Below, one piece after another: positions 12,918 through 26,062 of a DNA stretch of 64,000 nucleotides. The position numbers and the translations under genes are program-made. The notes beneath the pieces are model-generated. The model was given only the letters and a program-made list of their open reading frames with translations. It ran no database searches and was not told the DNA's origin. The stretch is from Guillardia theta CCMP2712 (lineage: Eukaryota > Protista > Cryptophyta). Location of the stretch: positions 567,013-631,012 of the forward strand of contig NW_005434637.1 in assembly GCF_000315625.1 (NCBI RefSeq), read 5' to 3'. Within the stretch, counting starts at the first letter, position 1, and each line of letters begins with the position of its first letter.

Positions 12918-13112
12918 AGTTAACCGTGCCTACCCCGGCACTGACGACCCGGCGGCCGGGCGCCGCGTACGGTATTGGCCCGGCCCGGCCCGGATCGGAC
13001 ACGGTACGGCACGGTCCGATCACGGGCCGGGCACCGTGGCACCGGTCACCCCGGGCCCGGGTCACCCCGGGCGTGGCCGCGCGGCCGCTGAGCCCGGTAC
13101 CCGGTAGTCCGA
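12918..13112. repeat. GC-rich low-complexity, palindrome-rich intergenic patch (CCGG/CCCGGG/CACGG words)
   Basis: Abrupt rise in GC; begins right after AGTTAAC; contains CCCGGGCCCGGG palindrome and GGTCACCCCGGG twice. Confidence 0.8.
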
Positions 13113-13114
13113 CT

Positions 13115-14529
13115 GACGGAATACAAGTTCGTTAGACTGAGACTCTCACTTGCCAGTACTAGTCCAAAGTCACGCCGCAGATACCACATCGACCTTAGTT
13201 GTAACAAGACAGTTTTTGCTCAAGACCGAGTTTAATGCACACAAAACCAGAATTGAGGAGCACATGAGAGATAGACTGTATGCTAGGATGTGAAACCCGG
13301 CCGCAGTAGGAAAGCCCCCTCAGGCTTCGTCCCACGTACTACAATGCCGCCTCGCAAACACGTACTAAGTCGTCTTGGTTTACAGGAGAGTTTTTGTTAA
13401 CTCGGCGCTATCTGACCGGCACGGCTGGCATACGTTCCATCCTCCCCCCGGTACGTTACATCGGACGTCAGAAAGTCACACAAACAAGAGAATGTCAGCA
13501 GAGTTCCAAGTCGAGATACAGTACGATAAGACTGTCTGCGTCAAGTTCACAGTTATGCTGAGCGGGCAATAACCATTCAAAGATTGTCCATTCTGAAGAA
13601 GATTTTCATGCAGGGCTATTAGATGTGCAGTAAAGAGATAAGGGAGATGCATACTATGATAGGCAAAGTAGCGAGCGGATGCAATGAAGAGAGATAGAGT
13701 AAAGATAAGAGTGTCTGAGAAGAGAGAAGATAAAAGAGAAGACGAGAGAAGTTTGCTCGCCAGCATTTGAAGACCAAAAGATAAATTTTTGAACCGTAAA
13801 GAACTTGTGACCAGAGATTGCTGCCGCGACATTGGAACATCCGTTTCAAGGCATTTGAAGATGTTTTGCAGTTGTACCTTGTTCGCCAATCCAGAAGTAG
13901 CTCCAGTTATGCATGCCACAGCCTAGCTCCATGACATGAAACTTCTCAAAGATCAAGAAAATATGAATCGAATAAGCTCCAAGTGTGTTTCCACAGTTCG
14001 AGCCTGTCAGATATTCGACCGACCAATCTGGCTGGGGAAGGCTTGTTTTTCCAATTCGAAGATCAATCAAACAAATTGAGGCTGAGATGACTCGGAGGCC
14101 TAAACAACTTGCGGCTAGAGAGAGAGCCTGATTGAAGAGAGGAGTCATCCGAATGTGTAAGGCTTGATAGAATTGCATGAATTTTCGGAACAGCAACGAA
14201 ACAATACCAAGAAAGAAAAAACTCCAGTAAACAATTCAACTAACCAAACATAAGATCAACATGATTGAGCATGTAATTGAGGCTCATAACCGACGGAATA
14301 CAAGTTACGGTTAGACTTGTACTAGTCCAAAGTCACGCCGCACTGAGATACCACATCGACCTTCAACTGAGTCGTAACAAGACAGTTTTTGCTCAAGACC
14401 GAGTTTAATGCACACAAAACCAGAATTGAGGAGCACATGAGAGATAGACTGTATGCTAGGATGCCAGTGTGCCCAAGTATGAGAGGACCTTAGCAAGGCC
14501 TCGCAAACACGTAAGTCGTCTTGGTTTAC
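13115..14529 (+). mobile_element. Decayed repeat element, probable retroelement fragment bounded by ~240-270 bp direct repeats
   Basis: Direct repeats 13115-13383 and 14292-14529 with a 90-bp identical core (13201-13290 = 14374-14463); purine-rich interior with stop-ridden coding-like frames; RLVLVQSHA is weakly reminiscent of an RNase H strand/His motif. Confidence 0.5.
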
Positions 14530-14544
14530 GGGCCATCATCTATA

Positions 14545-14695
14545 TCTCGGATCCGGGCGCCCCTCCCCCCGGGGCCCGGGCCGCCCGGGCCCCCGGGGGC
14601 CGGGGGCGACCGTGGCACGGCATCCGACCGTGACGACGACGTTGCTCACTCAGGCCCGCCGGTGACTGACGCCAGTCCGATCCGAGACTGAGTAG
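14545..14695. repeat. GC-rich low-complexity intergenic patch
   Basis: CCCCCCGGGGCCCGGGCCGCCCGGGCCCCCGGGGGCCGGGGG; shares ACCGTGGCAC with the 12918-13112 patch; ACTG/CAGT words at its end. Confidence 0.8.
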
Positions 14696-14922
14696 TATCG
14701 CGCTCCATAGCTCCCTCCCGGCGGCTAATTCGGGAGTTTTGGGGACAGAACTGTCTCGTTGACCCTTCCAATCGCTGAGATTTGCTAATGCTTTGCTGGG
14801 TCAACGCTACCAGCAAATGTGAAACCAAAGGAGGTCTGCAAGTGAGGCAAGGAGGAGGCGGCAGGAGTGTGGAGCCAAGACAAGGAAGGGAGCACCTCCT
14901 GGTGCTGCAAGAGTAGACCAGC

Positions 14923-17493
14923 ATGTCGAAGCGCAGGTGGAAGAAGCGAGGGGCTTGTGCAACGATATCATTCGCTTTAGTGTGCCTCATTTGCTTGGAT
15001 GGAGTGAGAGCCCAGTCGAGTTCACCATCCCTGTCCAGTCCAGTTTTCAACACATTGACGAAGGAGGCAGCAACGAATGCACCAGAAAATGTCGTGGATG
15101 AGATCGTTGAGGATGATCCCCTGGGGCATGCGGAAGTAACAAGAAAAGAGCTCAATGAAGTTCTCAGAAAGGTGATTGACAGGCTGCATTAGTTATTCTG
15201 TAACTTGATGCCCAGGCGCGCACTCTTGTGAAGAAATCGAAAATCGTCACGGGCGAGTCTGCAGAAGAAGCCAGGCAGATAGCTTCTCAGCAGGCTGATG
15301 CAGGAGCCTTGATTGCAGCGAATGAGGCGGCAGTTGCAGATGCATATGACGTGGCATCGGTAACTGCTCCAAGGCCGTAAGTGGACATGTATTGAGGTCC
15401 TGGGTGACATAAAGACTGACTCCTCTTGTAGATTTGCACGGAAAATACCGGATGATGGAAGGGTCAGGTTTGTAAATGCAGGGAAGGGAGGTGCGACAGT
15501 CAAGGGTTCAGCATTGACTTCAGAAGATGCAAGATTCCAGTTGTTATCTGCGTCGTCCACAAGGGATAAGACCAACCAAGAATGGGCAGGAGTTTTGAAT
15601 GGTGCTGTTCAAGAGCAAACTACTCAACAGCTCGAGCACAATTTACAGCATGAATTCCTCTCTGAGAATTCTGCTGACGGGAAGAAAGGTACTGGATTTA
15701 CTGGTGTATCCGATGGCCCTGTTTGGCATGCAGATTGGACTGCGTCTGCAACAAAGAATATTAAATCAACCAAGCCCAAGAGTGAATGTGTTGACGTCAG
15801 CTGCTTTGATCTGAAAACACAGGATGTCGCGAGTGTTGCAAGGAAAGAGTCGAATATCCCACCTGGCATTGGAATGCGAGGAATTCCATCAGGGGCTGCA
15901 GCGTCCTCAAAGGAATCGAACCCTTCTGATGGAAATGCGAAATCTGCAGTGAATGGTTGCATGCCAGAGCAAATCACATTGTGTAAGGCTGGCTGTGTTT
16001 CTCGGGGAAATCTGGAGATGGGAAGCGATCAGTCAGCTGATCGGACATGTGTGTCAAAATGTCTTGGACCCTGCTCGACTGCCTTGGGCTTTGACGCTCC
16101 GAATGCGCAGACGATAGCTCAGCAAATCAAGAAGGAAGAAAATTTGCTCAATGAATTCACCAAGGACCTCGTTTCTGCATCAAAGAGCACTTCGCATGCG
16201 GCTGTTAACAAAGATGAAAAGCAAAATCCTTTAGCCGATGACATTGTGAAGCAATCTATCAAGAATTTGCAGATGCGGGCAGGAAGCCAAAGTTCTTCCA
16301 CATCTGGTGCCAATGGGATTTGGCATGGGGATACCAGCAGCAGGGATGGTTCAACAAACGCAGTTGGTGACGGAGTCAAACCGTTCCCTGCCATGGCTTC
16401 AAAGAGTGGAGAACAGACTGGCGTCTATGACTGTAGAGGGCAGGCGATTGTTGTTGGAAGTGTATTAGGCAAGATTGTGCCAGGGCAGCCTTGTGAGGAC
16501 AGATTTTTGATTGCGACAGCTGGCATGTGGGTTGTGAAAGGATTCGGACAACCCTCAGCCGACAAATTAATCCAGTCGAGTCAAAACGACGGCCAGAGCA
16601 GGGTTGAGATTAACCTAAAAGGAGTATCTGCGGACTCGAACGGAGGAATCAAAGTGCAAATTTTCCCGAGGATTGGAGTTTTCGCCAGCTGGAAGATTAT
16701 TCAAGGATCTGCAGGTGATATTTATCTTCCAGCAAACCTCGCAGCACTCGTAGCCGCTGGGAAGACCAATGTGGCTGGCGTACACGATCAAAGTCAATTC
16801 TCAGAGAAGTTGAAAAAGATGAAAAGACCCAGCTCAGATGGAACGAAGCAAGCAAGTGGGTCGACCAAAACAGAATCCATGATCGTGGATCGTCAGAAAG
16901 CAGACTGGAGCAAGACTGGGGTGTTCGAAAGTGAAGATACAAAGTTGAACATGTGTCCTGGACCTTCATGTCCGACAGATGGAAGGGTCAGTCGAGTTCA
17001 TTTGATGAAAATGAGCAGCCCATTTTGGAAGTATGTAATTGCGTCTGCTCTTGTGGGGTTCATCCTTTCAGCTAGGGTATGTTTCACCTGCACCAGACCA
17101 AGACTGACTTGTTTTCTCTTCAGTACATTTGGAAGCACAGAGAAGCGATTGCAGAAAGCTCAAAGCCGAATGTGAGTCTAATCGGAGAGTGATGCAGTGC
17201 AAGTTTACTCTTTTGTTTGTCAGGAGTATGTCGAACTTCCTGACATTTGGGGCCGTTTTTCTACAACTGAAGCAGAGGACGTGAACAAACGTGGTGGAGC
17301 AAGGCCCTGTCCTGGTATGACTGCGAACGAAAGAGTAATTATGGTCGAGAATGCTTCTGACAGGATCATCATGGTGGATATTGGCGAGGTAAAGTTGTGA
17401 TGTGAAGGGTCCGATCTGTTCACGTTAATTCAGACTAGTTCCAACCAGCCGGAGGATGCGAAGAGCAGTACAAAAGAGCGAGGATATCAGTGA
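14923..17493 (+). CDS. Type-I membrane protein of unknown function (signal peptide, Cys-containing ectodomain, single C-terminal TM, short cytoplasmic tail)
   Basis: MSKRRWKKRGACATISFALVCLICLDGVRA signal; large exon ~15430-17076; TM FWKYVIASALVGFILSAR|YIW; terminal exon TSSNQPEDAKSSTKERGYQ* (TGA 17491-17493). Confidence 0.7.
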
Positions 17494-17549
17494 CCTTGAA
17501 GACAACAAGTATTAAATTCAGTGAACGTGAAGTCGTTGATTGTGAGAGA

Positions 17550-17710
17550 AGTCAGCCAGACCGGGCCCGTCCGAGCGGTGCGGGGACGCCGCGCGGGGCG
17601 GGTGCGCTGCCGGGCAGCCTCCCGAGTGCCGCTGCTGACTGCCCGGCTGCCGAATGATAGGCCGTGATGACGCTGTCAAACTTGCCGGGCCTCGATCAGT
17701 GATGCCGGAA
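17550..17710. repeat. GC-rich intergenic patch
   Basis: CCGGGCCC, GCCGCGCGGGGCGGG, CTGACTGCCCGG words between a stop codon and the next gene's 5' region. Confidence 0.65.
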
Positions 17711-17961
17711 CTTTCGAGTGCACTGCTGTACTTATGGACTATTCTGCCTTCCTCGTTTAGAACCGAAATATCTTGAGGCGGACTTGAATCGTTGCAAAGG
17801 TTCTCTTGTCCGGGACTGCACCTCCTAAACGCTGGAAGCGGCGGAGGAGGCGAGCAGGAGCAAGAGGGACTCAGAGGAGAGGGAGAGGGACAAGAGTTGG
17901 AAGGTGAGAGTGTGTGGCATGGGAACCTTTGCATCCAGCTGAACGGTAAGTGTTCGCCAGG

Positions 17962-18641
17962 ATGGGCAGCAGCGGAAGCACTCTTCTGCCGCAAGCGCAA
18001 AGAAAGGTAGCTGAAAGGATTTCAGCGTCTAAGGAAGCTCAGAAAATAGTCGAACAAGCACGGTAACTATGTGGTATGGTGTTTGTTGAGACCTGATTTT
18101 GAAGCAGTCAGGAATTCAAGAAGGAAATATCCAAGGACAAGGACTTTGGCAACGAATTTGACCATCACCAGATAGAGAAGATTCTATCAGCAGGTACCGT
18201 TTCAAGCGGCAATAAGAAAACTACTGGGGAACTGACCGCAAAACTCCGACCTGCTTTAGCAAGGTGAATCTTTGATAGCTAGATTCAAGAATAGGTTGAA
18301 ATGTTTTCATTCTGCAGGGTGGAAGACAATGAGGAGGGTATTTCGGAACAAGACTTGAAGTTCATTTTTCTGTCAGCGAAGGCTAGCCCTGGTCATACAC
18401 AATCTTTATACAAGGAAGCATCATATTCTAAAGTGCACATTGTTAGGATCCTACGTTTCTGAAACTTCGAAAAAGTTCTCCTTAAAGGAAGAGGATATTA
18501 GATTGTTGGGCAAGTACCTGGTATCGAGATTTTCCTTTGAAACTCCACATGTCATGATTCTTTGCGCAGGCCATAAATGATTTCCAACCCGATCCAAACT
18601 CGAAGGACATCCCTGTGGCCTCACGAAATTTTATGCAGTGA
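17962..18641 (+). CDS. Small hypothetical protein, putative N-myristoylation (MGSSGS)
   Basis: In-frame splicing MGSSGSTLLP...IVEQAR|QEFKKEISKD...PALAR|VEDNEEGISEQDLKFIFL...|AINDFQPDPNSKDIPVASRNFMQ* (TGA 18639-18641). Confidence 0.55.
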
Positions 18642-18646
18642 AAAGC

Positions 18647-21600
18647 TCAGTTGTCTTTGTCAAGGAAACAGCTGATGTTCAAACGATCTCCCTGAAAGTT
18701 CGTCCTCATGGTCAATAAAGAATGGCACTTTACAGTAACGCGGTACCTTCTTCCGAGCGAAGAATGCATCTTGATAATGTCCGTAACGAGCGAGTGTAGA
18801 AGAGCAAAAGTATATTGTATCTGTGACATGTCAGACAGCCAAGGAGCACACCACCCTATGATGAGGACCAGAATCGACACCATCGCAAGTCAAGATTTTC
18901 TTGCATAACTCGATCCCCGATTTCCCTTTGCCCATTTCCAGTAGCATCCTGACCATCTCTTTCAATATGAAGATGTCGTTTGGAACATTCTACGACAAGC
19001 AATCATTGCACTTCCGATAGTAAGAAAGGAGTCGTTGACCTGAGATGCCTCGAGTAAACATTCCTCGGCCTCATCGAAGTTGCTTAACTTGAACATGACT
19101 TGGGCTTTCAAAACCAAGCCTTGATAGTTAGAGGGATCTAGTTCAAGGAGCTTGGTTAGCCCCTCCACTGCTTCTTTGAATTTCTGTCTATACAGTTAAA
19201 AAAGCTCGGAACAGAACTGAACTTCACCTCTTGGTAAGTCAAATTCAGTTGCGCAAGAAGTAAAAGTGACTCAGCGTTCTTTGGATAGATTGCAAGAACA
19301 TCCTTTAACAATCGCTCCGCGTGCGAGATATCATCACGCCATTCTTGACTGATTGCTGCTGGAATTTCCTGAAAACTGAACGAAGTTTGTCCTCGTTCCG
19401 GAAAAGCAGAACTCTTTGACAACATAATACATCGAGCAAGGTTAATCTTTGCATCACAATGCGAAGGGTTCAGTACTAGTGCTGTCTGGAGGAAGTCTTG
19501 AGCCATCAAGAGATCTCTTTCTGGCTGCAATGACATCAACTTTCCCAAAAGACAAAGAACTCCTTATGTCCAATCAGTTGTGTTGCGTCCAAACAGACAT
19601 TCAGCGACTCACCTGCATGTTTCATTGTTGGCGTCTTCAACATGCCAAGAAGTAAAGCATAAGCCTTTTGGCAATCCTTGCGATTCCCTTTTGAGATTCC
19701 GCGCTCAACCAACACGATCGCAAGGTTGAAAGCTTTGTTCACGAAAAGAATCAGCATCCAGCATCGATTTGAAGAAATAATTGCCTGTTTCATAACAATC
19801 GTTGCTTTCATTCCATAACACCGTATACAGCATTTCCAGCACCTTTTCAATCATGTTTGGATGTGCAAGGCATCGCAAGTGGACTAGAGAACAATTACCT
19901 CCGAATTTGAATGCTGAGCCTTCGCGACCCATGCAAGACCCAACATGGCACATGGGTTGAGCCTGCCGCCATGACCCGAATACTTGGAGATGGACCTGGA
20001 AGGACAAGGAGGAAGTTTGTTTCAGCAACAGAGAACCAGTCGAAGACGTTACCTGCACAGATACACCTCTGCTTCCTTAGAGTTGCCTTGTATGATGCTG
20101 ATCATACCTTTCAGGACCAGACAGCCCTCGTGATCATCCTCTTTTTGCAGCACTCTTTCAATCAGTTCCTTCGTCTCTTTAAGATCATTTTGCGCTGTCC
20201 GTGTGATGAAGCACAGGTACGACATTCCAGCAAGAGCGCCAACGTGGTCAGGATCGCTCTGTAAAATGGCAGCGAGCAAGGACTTTATGTTGCTCACTGC
20301 TGCCCCGCGATCGATATTGAGGTCTTTACGGCACTCTGCAAAGAGTTGGACGAGACGGAGCTGAGACAAGGAGTACCTAGCTGAATTCAAAAGCATGCTA
20401 TCGCTGGGATTTGATCTGCAGATTGACTCAAGTAACTTGCAAGACCCAGGAATGTTTCCCAGCAGTCTCTCAACCCTTGCAGTGAGAAGTAAGATCTTGG
20501 GATCACTCGGAATTAGTTTAGAAATTGCGTTGAAAACCAAAAGAATTCTTCTCAAGGAGCAGTCGAACCAAGAAGTTTGGTTCGGAGACATGATCTTGCG
20601 TCCTTGCCAGGAAAAATATTTCTTGCTGTCTGTGTCCAAGCTGATGTTTGCAAGTATGTCTTCAAGGCAATGAAAATGTATTGTCTCTGCTGAAATCAAG
20701 TCAGAAGGCGGGGAGAAGATATGAGGTGTATGTGTATCTTGGAGGAGTATGCTTTGAGGTGGAAAATCGACTAGTAGATCCCCTGTACTCGGTAAGGGCA
20801 GGAAAAGACGAAAGCAGCTTGGAGGAACGGAATCGATAGGGTACGGCGTGTGAAACGAAAACTTGCTCTCAAGCATGAACACAAGGCACTCAAGAGCAGA
20901 TATTGACGACAGCAGGTGCGCGCGGCTGATACCCTCGGGCTCCCATCCCCATCCCCATCCTCCCAGCCACTTTGGGTTCACGTCCCCTGAGTTCATACCC
21001 CCTGCTCGCGCGGAGGAGAAGGCGAGCTGCTCCAAGAGGTCCAGGAGGCTGTCGCAGCTAGCGTCGGTCCTGTCATGCAGAAGGAACTCGAAACGATGGT
21101 AGCTCATGAGAACTCGCTGAAGAGCGTCGGGCGGCGATACTCTGCAGGTGAACTCAATCCAAGGGGCAGCGTCGAGCTGCAGGGCCTCGCTCTTGGCCTG
21201 CTTCTTGAAGACCCTGATACTTCGCATGAAGAGAGCACGCGCCTCCTCGAGGTACTGATGCCCCCCAGGAACTCTGACGGTTCTTCTGACGTGGGCAAGG
21301 AGGGCCCACAGGACATGCTGCCTGTGGCGGAGCAAATCTTGGATGGAAGAAAGCGCTTGCAGGTAAAAGGCTGTTCCTCGGAGTCTCCCGCCTCCTGACA
21401 AGTTTTCGTATATGATCTCTGAGAGAAAATCTGCAACTCTCGCCATATCTGACAGGTTGTGATGACAGACGAGGAAACAATAGTTCAACTTGATCCTGTG
21501 TTTCAGCAGCAATCTTCGCTTCCTGTCCACGAAACAACGAGGAGCAAAAGCTTTATCCCAGGCAATTAACTTGTTGTATTGTGCCAGGGCCGAATCGATT

Positions 21601-24600
21601 TGATTTGTTTTGGCGAAAAGGTCCCCAAGGGAGGTACCGACTTCCATTGGCAGAAGGGCTTCGTTCCACATTAACTTAGGGAAGACAACTTTGAGACAAG
21701 CACTCTCTGCCCACTTCAAGAATTCCATTTGCCTTCTAGTATCATCCTCAGTGTCATTCTCAAGGACTGATAAAACATTCGCATATGAAAGATACACCTT
21801 TGGATTAACTCTTCCACTTTCGATGTTGTTTTGTAAGCGATCAATGAGTTTTTGGAAGGTATCGGTTCTCTTTGCGTCATCTTGTTGGACATCAATGGGT
21901 AAATGCATTGAAACAAGCCTTGCAAGATAGAAGTTTGCATCAACACAACCACGTTCCGTTGCTAGGAGTCGTTGTAGAATGTCTGTAGCAACATCGCCAG
22001 GCAATTTCATTTCCAGTTCTCTGTCATAAAAGTTCTCTAAAACGTCTGACTGTGTGATAATCCTAATATCAATTGCGTGTTCGATGCTCCGAATGTTGGC
22101 AATCATCTTGCTTTCATGAAGTCTCTTACAGACGTGTCGCCACTGTAAGCTTTGCATTTTGAGGCATTGTACTCTTCTGGGATCCAGGCAAGGTAAGTTT
22201 TCCCTCCATATGTGTTCGCATCCTTCTGGATTTGGATACTTCACACGGGGGCTGAAATAGGGCAAATTCAACAAGAAGACGACGTCAAAAGGGATCGGAG
22301 ACGCGGGGTTGGCGTGGTAAGGATGAAGAGTCAAATGATCGGCATATTCAAGGAGGATCTCCCGATTCTTCGGTGCATATGTGACTGCTAGACGGCAACA
22401 GTATTCTCTCAAACCCCATCCAAAGTCTTCGATGTCTTCGGAATTGATCACCTTCAACAGTTCAACATGCGCTCCTCCACACTTCATTTCAAAATACAGC
22501 TGTCGTCCCAATAGAACAAGTATTCTTGCCAGAGATTTCTTTCCAGCTTGTTCTTGGTTCTCTGCTTGTCGGATTGCCATCAATAGAATATGCAAACTTT
22601 CTTGGAAATTCCCTCTGAACTGCATGAATGAAGCCCATTTTGATAAAGCTTCAATTTCATGTGGAGCTATCTCACATATCTTTCTGTAACAGTTTTCAGC
22701 TTCTTGCAATGCAAAGGACGAGCTTGACAGAAGTTCTTTGGTGTAGCTGTAATAACTAGATTGCTTCCCGATACTATCATTAATACACAGATGCTCAACC
22801 TTTTGCAGGAAGTTGAAATCGAGTGTGTGTGCTCTGCAAGCAAATTTCAGCAGACATCTCCCCTAACGAAATAGTATCAGCAACTGCATTTCACCAATCA
22901 AAGGCATATTCACAAGAAGCATCAAACTTGGAATATGCTTGCCTTTTCCGTACCGGAATTTGTCTGCAGGTCCACATTCCTTTGAATTGTTTCAGCATCA
23001 AAATCCTCGCATGCTATACTGATGATACGTTCAAAGCGTACTTGAGAATCACAATGGCACTGCTATAATCGCCTGCTTGCTGCAAAGATAATGCGACTGA
23101 TTTCACTCGACAGATTTTTGAAGGTACAAATTCACAATACTACCTGAGATAGGTACGACAAGAGATGCCAAACTTCCACGTGTTTTGAGCTCAACCTTAA
23201 TGCTTTCTTAAGGAGCTGTAAACTTCGTCCCTGGTTCTCGATTTGAAAGCCAGGATGCTTAGTAGCTTGCCAGGTTGTCCATGATCCCTTTCTGTTGATC
23301 CTTTCTCTCCGATATCCCGACAAAATTGAGGAGAGTTCGATGATGCTTTGTAAAGTATCATCATACTCACCGAGAAGCTCTACGGCATTGTTGAAATTTT
23401 CATTCCATACATACCATCTAGCCTATTAGATCAGAGGGGTAGTGTCAATTAAAGCGAGAAATGAAATGGTGAAACCTTCAGAACTGCGAGGATGGACCTA
23501 TGCTTTTTGCTGGACACATTCTGCATTGCTTTCTCCCACGAAATTTTGGTCGCATCATATAACCCCCTTGCATAGAAGATGATGGCTGGAATGATGACAC
23601 CCAGACGATTTGGGTGGTTCACAGAAAGTGAGTAGCAAACTTTGATTGCCTTTCTGGTCAATCGAATAGACTCGAACTTATCCAGCACTTTAGTGAGGCA
23701 CGCCCTCCTGAACAGAACCTGAAGTCTTCAAGTTACAGATTACATGGCCAATCGATTGAAAACCTCATTGTCGTCTGGTTCGCTTACTAAAGCTTCATCT
23801 AACTCCTGCATTCATGTCAAAGTTCAGACACAGATAGGCATAAAACAATTCCAACCTCCAATCGTTGTTCTACATCACGCTTCCTTCTTGTCTTGTCCTT
23901 TCAAGATCAGTTAATTTCATTCACAAAATGTTTCAGGCAGTATACAATCGTTTCCATCTTCGATAAATTTTCATACTCTGAAGCCAGAACTTCGATAGAA
24001 GCTATTCGACCGATGCATTTGTAGCATTCGATGCAGCGTATTATGCAAGCAGCACAGACATTGTAAAAGTAGCCGCTTCTGAGATCGTCATTTGCAAAAT
24101 CAAGAGTCCCTCCATTGAGCAAATCTTTCAAATACTCTTCAAAAGCATCTTCTTCATGATTGAGATTTGCCGAGAGGCTAACCTCATTGGCTGCATCCGA
24201 CTTGAAGTTCTTGAAGATGTGTTCAATTTCTCCCCCGATCCCCATACTTGGCCAACTGCCACTGGTTGAAATTGCCTTTTGGTTGTTGTTTGCAACTTTG
24301 TCTGATGGGTCAACTCTCAACGCATGTTTCAAAAGACGCCTACAAAAAATATCATTGCAGGTCATCAAAACTCAAGATTGTATAACGAACAGTGCATCTG
24401 ATTTGTTGTGACGGCAAACAAGATGGAAGAAGGAGAGATTTATCAATGAAGACCTGAACACTATGTGTTCTCGAAATTTCTGGTTTTCATCCAATCAGCC
24501 AGAAGCTACAAGCAAACAAAAACTAAGTCTTGCCTCTAGAACGATGCTTTCTTTTGATTTACGCTGCCAATGCCTTGAAAAAGGGCACAAACTTTATCAT

Positions 24601-25566
24601 TGGCTCGCGTTGGTTCGTGCAAGTTACCTCTTTCGAGAATTTGCTTCGAGGTCTCGACCTGCAGACTCAGTTGCGGCAGATATCACCTAGAGATAGAAGG
24701 TTATCCGAATGGTTGGACAAAGCATAGAATTCTTTTTACCTGTTGATACAAATCTACAATCATGTCATGTATTTGATGTTTGATTGGATTCTTGTCATCT
24801 GCGAATGAAAACAATTGTACAATGGATGGCAGGACCAAGTCATCATTCGACATCAGCATGAGAATTGTGGCTAAATTATAGCTTGCGATCATTTCAAAGC
24901 GTTTAAGCTGAGATTTGGTTGCGAGTATTTTCATTGGTTTCAAAAATTCCAAAACCTAATAATCAGGTAAGTCAATTTCATATTCAGATGTTCGAATACT
25001 TCGTTCAAGTCCTTGATGGGCTGGACTACGTCGTTGAAGAGGTGTAGAAGAAGCATGGCTCTGTTGATTCTGGCTGGGACGAAATCGCTTTGTACCTTGA
25101 CAGCTTTCGCATAGAATCGTTCAGCTTTCTCAAAGCTCTTGAAACTTTCAGCTGCAACACCCGCATTGTGCAAAAGGCTTGGATCTTTCGGATCGATACG
25201 AATTGCCTCTTCGAAGCATTGTAAACAACCCTCACGGTCGCCAAAGAGGTGAAGAACTCGACCAAGGTTGTTCCATGATTCTTTATCGTATGGATCTTTC
25301 ACTACTGCATCCTGAAGCTTTGCTTTGAGCCCCATGAGATCATCACTTGCCAGCGATTCCAATGAACCATAGTTGAACAGCCGGGCAATGAAACCGCAGC
25401 AGATGAATGGTTTTGTCGCAAGAATGCGAAGGTGCTCAATGCTGCAAGTGGCTTGACAGCCGGTCAGCACCATGTTGCTTCCGCCAGGCCGCATGTCATG
25501 CGCCTTTGCTCCCCGCCATTCGTCAAAGTCATCGAAGTAAACCGTCTCCTCTTCGCCCTCCTCCAT
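18647..25566 (-). CDS. Large tetratricopeptide-repeat (TPR) protein, multi-exon
   Basis: TPR consensus repeats e.g. SWNNLGRVLHLFGDREGCLQCFEEAIRIDPKDPSLLHNAG..AERFYAKAVKVQSDFVPARINRA, EAENCYRKICEIAPHEIEAL, ALVLNPSHCDAKINLA, LLELDPSNYQGLVLKAQVMFKLSNFDEAEECL; 886-aa exon 20049-22709; start MEEGEEE at 25566. Confidence 0.85.
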
Positions 25567-26062
25567 CTCATGAGAGCAAGGCACAGAGCAAGGCAAGCCT
25601 GAAGGTAGGCAAGGTTTCGCCGAGCATTTTTTTTAGGACTTCGAGTCAATCAGATCGATGACTAGCTACATCACAGAAGCTGCCGAAATACTCTTGGAGA
25701 CATTTTAAATTCCGATCAGAATTTTGGAACTTCCAAATGCATTAGGAACTGTTGACTTTATGTTCATATTTTTTCAGTACCTTAACGTACAACGAACTTT
25801 TTTTTCTTGATTCTTTTTTCCTCCCTTGGGTTGTTCATCAGGAGACGCGCCGCCTGCCAGCAAACGTCGAAATCCTTCAGACTACCCCTACCCCCTCTTG
25901 ATTCACCCCCACCCCTCTTTCTATACCTCAACACCCACTCTCAGATTGATTTGGACCCCTACCCCCGTGGAGGTTTTTCTCCACTCCTACCCCTTGTCGT
26001 ATCATGCTAGTCATGTCGAGGGGATCGGGAAGCAGGATGGTCGCGCCGTGATCGGAGTGAGG

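Noticed and set aside
13115-14529. Intact LTR retrotransposon or TRIM
   Set aside because: Repeats lack TG..CA ends, and no PBS, PPT or target-site duplication was seen; they look like duplicated coding remnants.
7317-14700. Endogenous giant virus or Polinton around the PolB gene
   Set aside because: No capsid, packaging ATPase, integrase or terminal inverted repeats seen; the gene has many spliceosomal introns and eukaryotic CysA/CysB.
25826-26062. Upstream extension of the 3263-aa ORF
   Set aside because: Starts at a non-ATG codon in pyrimidine-rich UTR-like sequence; the ATG at 26063 gives a clean signal peptide.
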